Below, in pieces: positions 20,863-21,605 of a stretch of 21,605 nucleotides of DNA. The DNA lies in the NCBI RefSeq assembly GCF_006345805.1, contig NW_021823707.1, positions 1 to 21,605 on the forward strand, read 5' to 3'. How positions within the stretch are numbered: position 1 is the stretch's first letter; every line of letters starts with the position of its first letter. Below the pieces are notes generated by a model. The model was not told the origin of the DNA. It did not search any database and saw only the letters and a list, made by a program, of their open reading frames with translations. Source of the stretch: Octopus sinensis. Its lineage: Eukaryota. Both the position numbers and the translations under genes were made by a program.

Positions 20863-21076
20863 CTCTTTACTCTTTTACTCTTTTACTTGTTTCAGTCATT
20901 TGACTGCGGCCATGCTGGAGCACCGCCTTTAGTCGAGCAAATCGACCCCGGGACTTATTCTTTGTAAGCCCAGTACTTATTCTATCGGTCTCTTTTGCCG
21001 AACCGCTAAGTGACGGGGACGTAAACACACACCAGCATCGGTTGTCAAGCAATGCTATGAGGACATAGACACACAA

Positions 21077-21111
<35 letters not shown>

Positions 21112-21277
21112 CGACAGGCTTCTTTCAGTTTCCGTCTACCAAATCCACTCACAAGGCATTGGTCGACCCGGGGCTATAGCAGAAGACACTTGCCCAAGAT
21201 GCCACACAGTGGGATTGAACCCAGAACCATGTGGTTGGTTAGCAAGCTACTTACCACACAGCCACTCCTGCGCCTAT
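20861..21277 (-). mobile_element. SINE family A, full-length copy with expanded (AGTAAAAG)n tail
   Basis: Minus-strand head ATAGGCGCAGGAGTGGCTGTGTGGTAAG...GGGTTCAATCCC; tail unit TACTCTTT repeated about 3 times at 20861-20885. Confidence 0.92.
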
Positions 21278-21605
21278 ATATATATATAGGTATGAAAAAC
21301 AAAAGGAAAGAATTCAGAATAGCCAAACCACCATCAACTCATATATGTTCGTATTTGATCAAGATAAAAATAATCAAGATAAAATATACGTGGTATTGCT
21401 GGTTTGCTTAATCTGAATTTTTTTCCTGTTATTTTTCCTACGTCTCTAATACCTCGAGTTCGACTTAAGCACTTCTAAGCAATCTATACAGTTCGTTAGA
21501 AATATATATATATAATATATAATGAAATGCCCAGTGAATTTTCGTTACTATTCCTTTGCCTACATGAATTGCTTTTTAAGTATATGTTGTCTGGGAGTTT
21601 TCTTC

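Noticed and set aside
2876-21411. Recurring ORFs such as MPKMPRSGTEPGTMWLVSKLL, ...EDTCPRCHAVGLN... and MLARRAKCLAV...
   Set aside because: They are translations of SINE A and SINE B copies, not a gene family.

Overview
AT-rich, repeat-dense eukaryotic DNA. The SINE families look like octopus (coleoid cephalopod) elements; that is an inference from remembered families, not a database result. I cannot support any intact host gene, rRNA, true tRNA or CRISPR array. Nearly all supplied ORFs are translations of microsatellites or SINEs. Supported content: at least 7 copies of a ~410-bp tRNA-headed SINE (mostly minus strand); 3 copies of a second tRNA-SINE with a Nin/Deu-like core; a 395-bp MITE with perfect 30-bp TIRs carrying (TTAGGG)3; an RTE-type LINE 3' remnant; an internally deleted Tc1/mariner element; and two Dong/R4-type LINE remnants. 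The most notable structure is at ~17.9-20.7 kb, where (TAA)n arrays alternate with a Dong/R4 endonuclease-domain fragment, an unclassified ~550-bp non-coding element (2 copies) and two SINEs, which looks like a microsatellite-targeted retroelement nest. Several candidate small exons occur on both strands but are only at hypothesis level.
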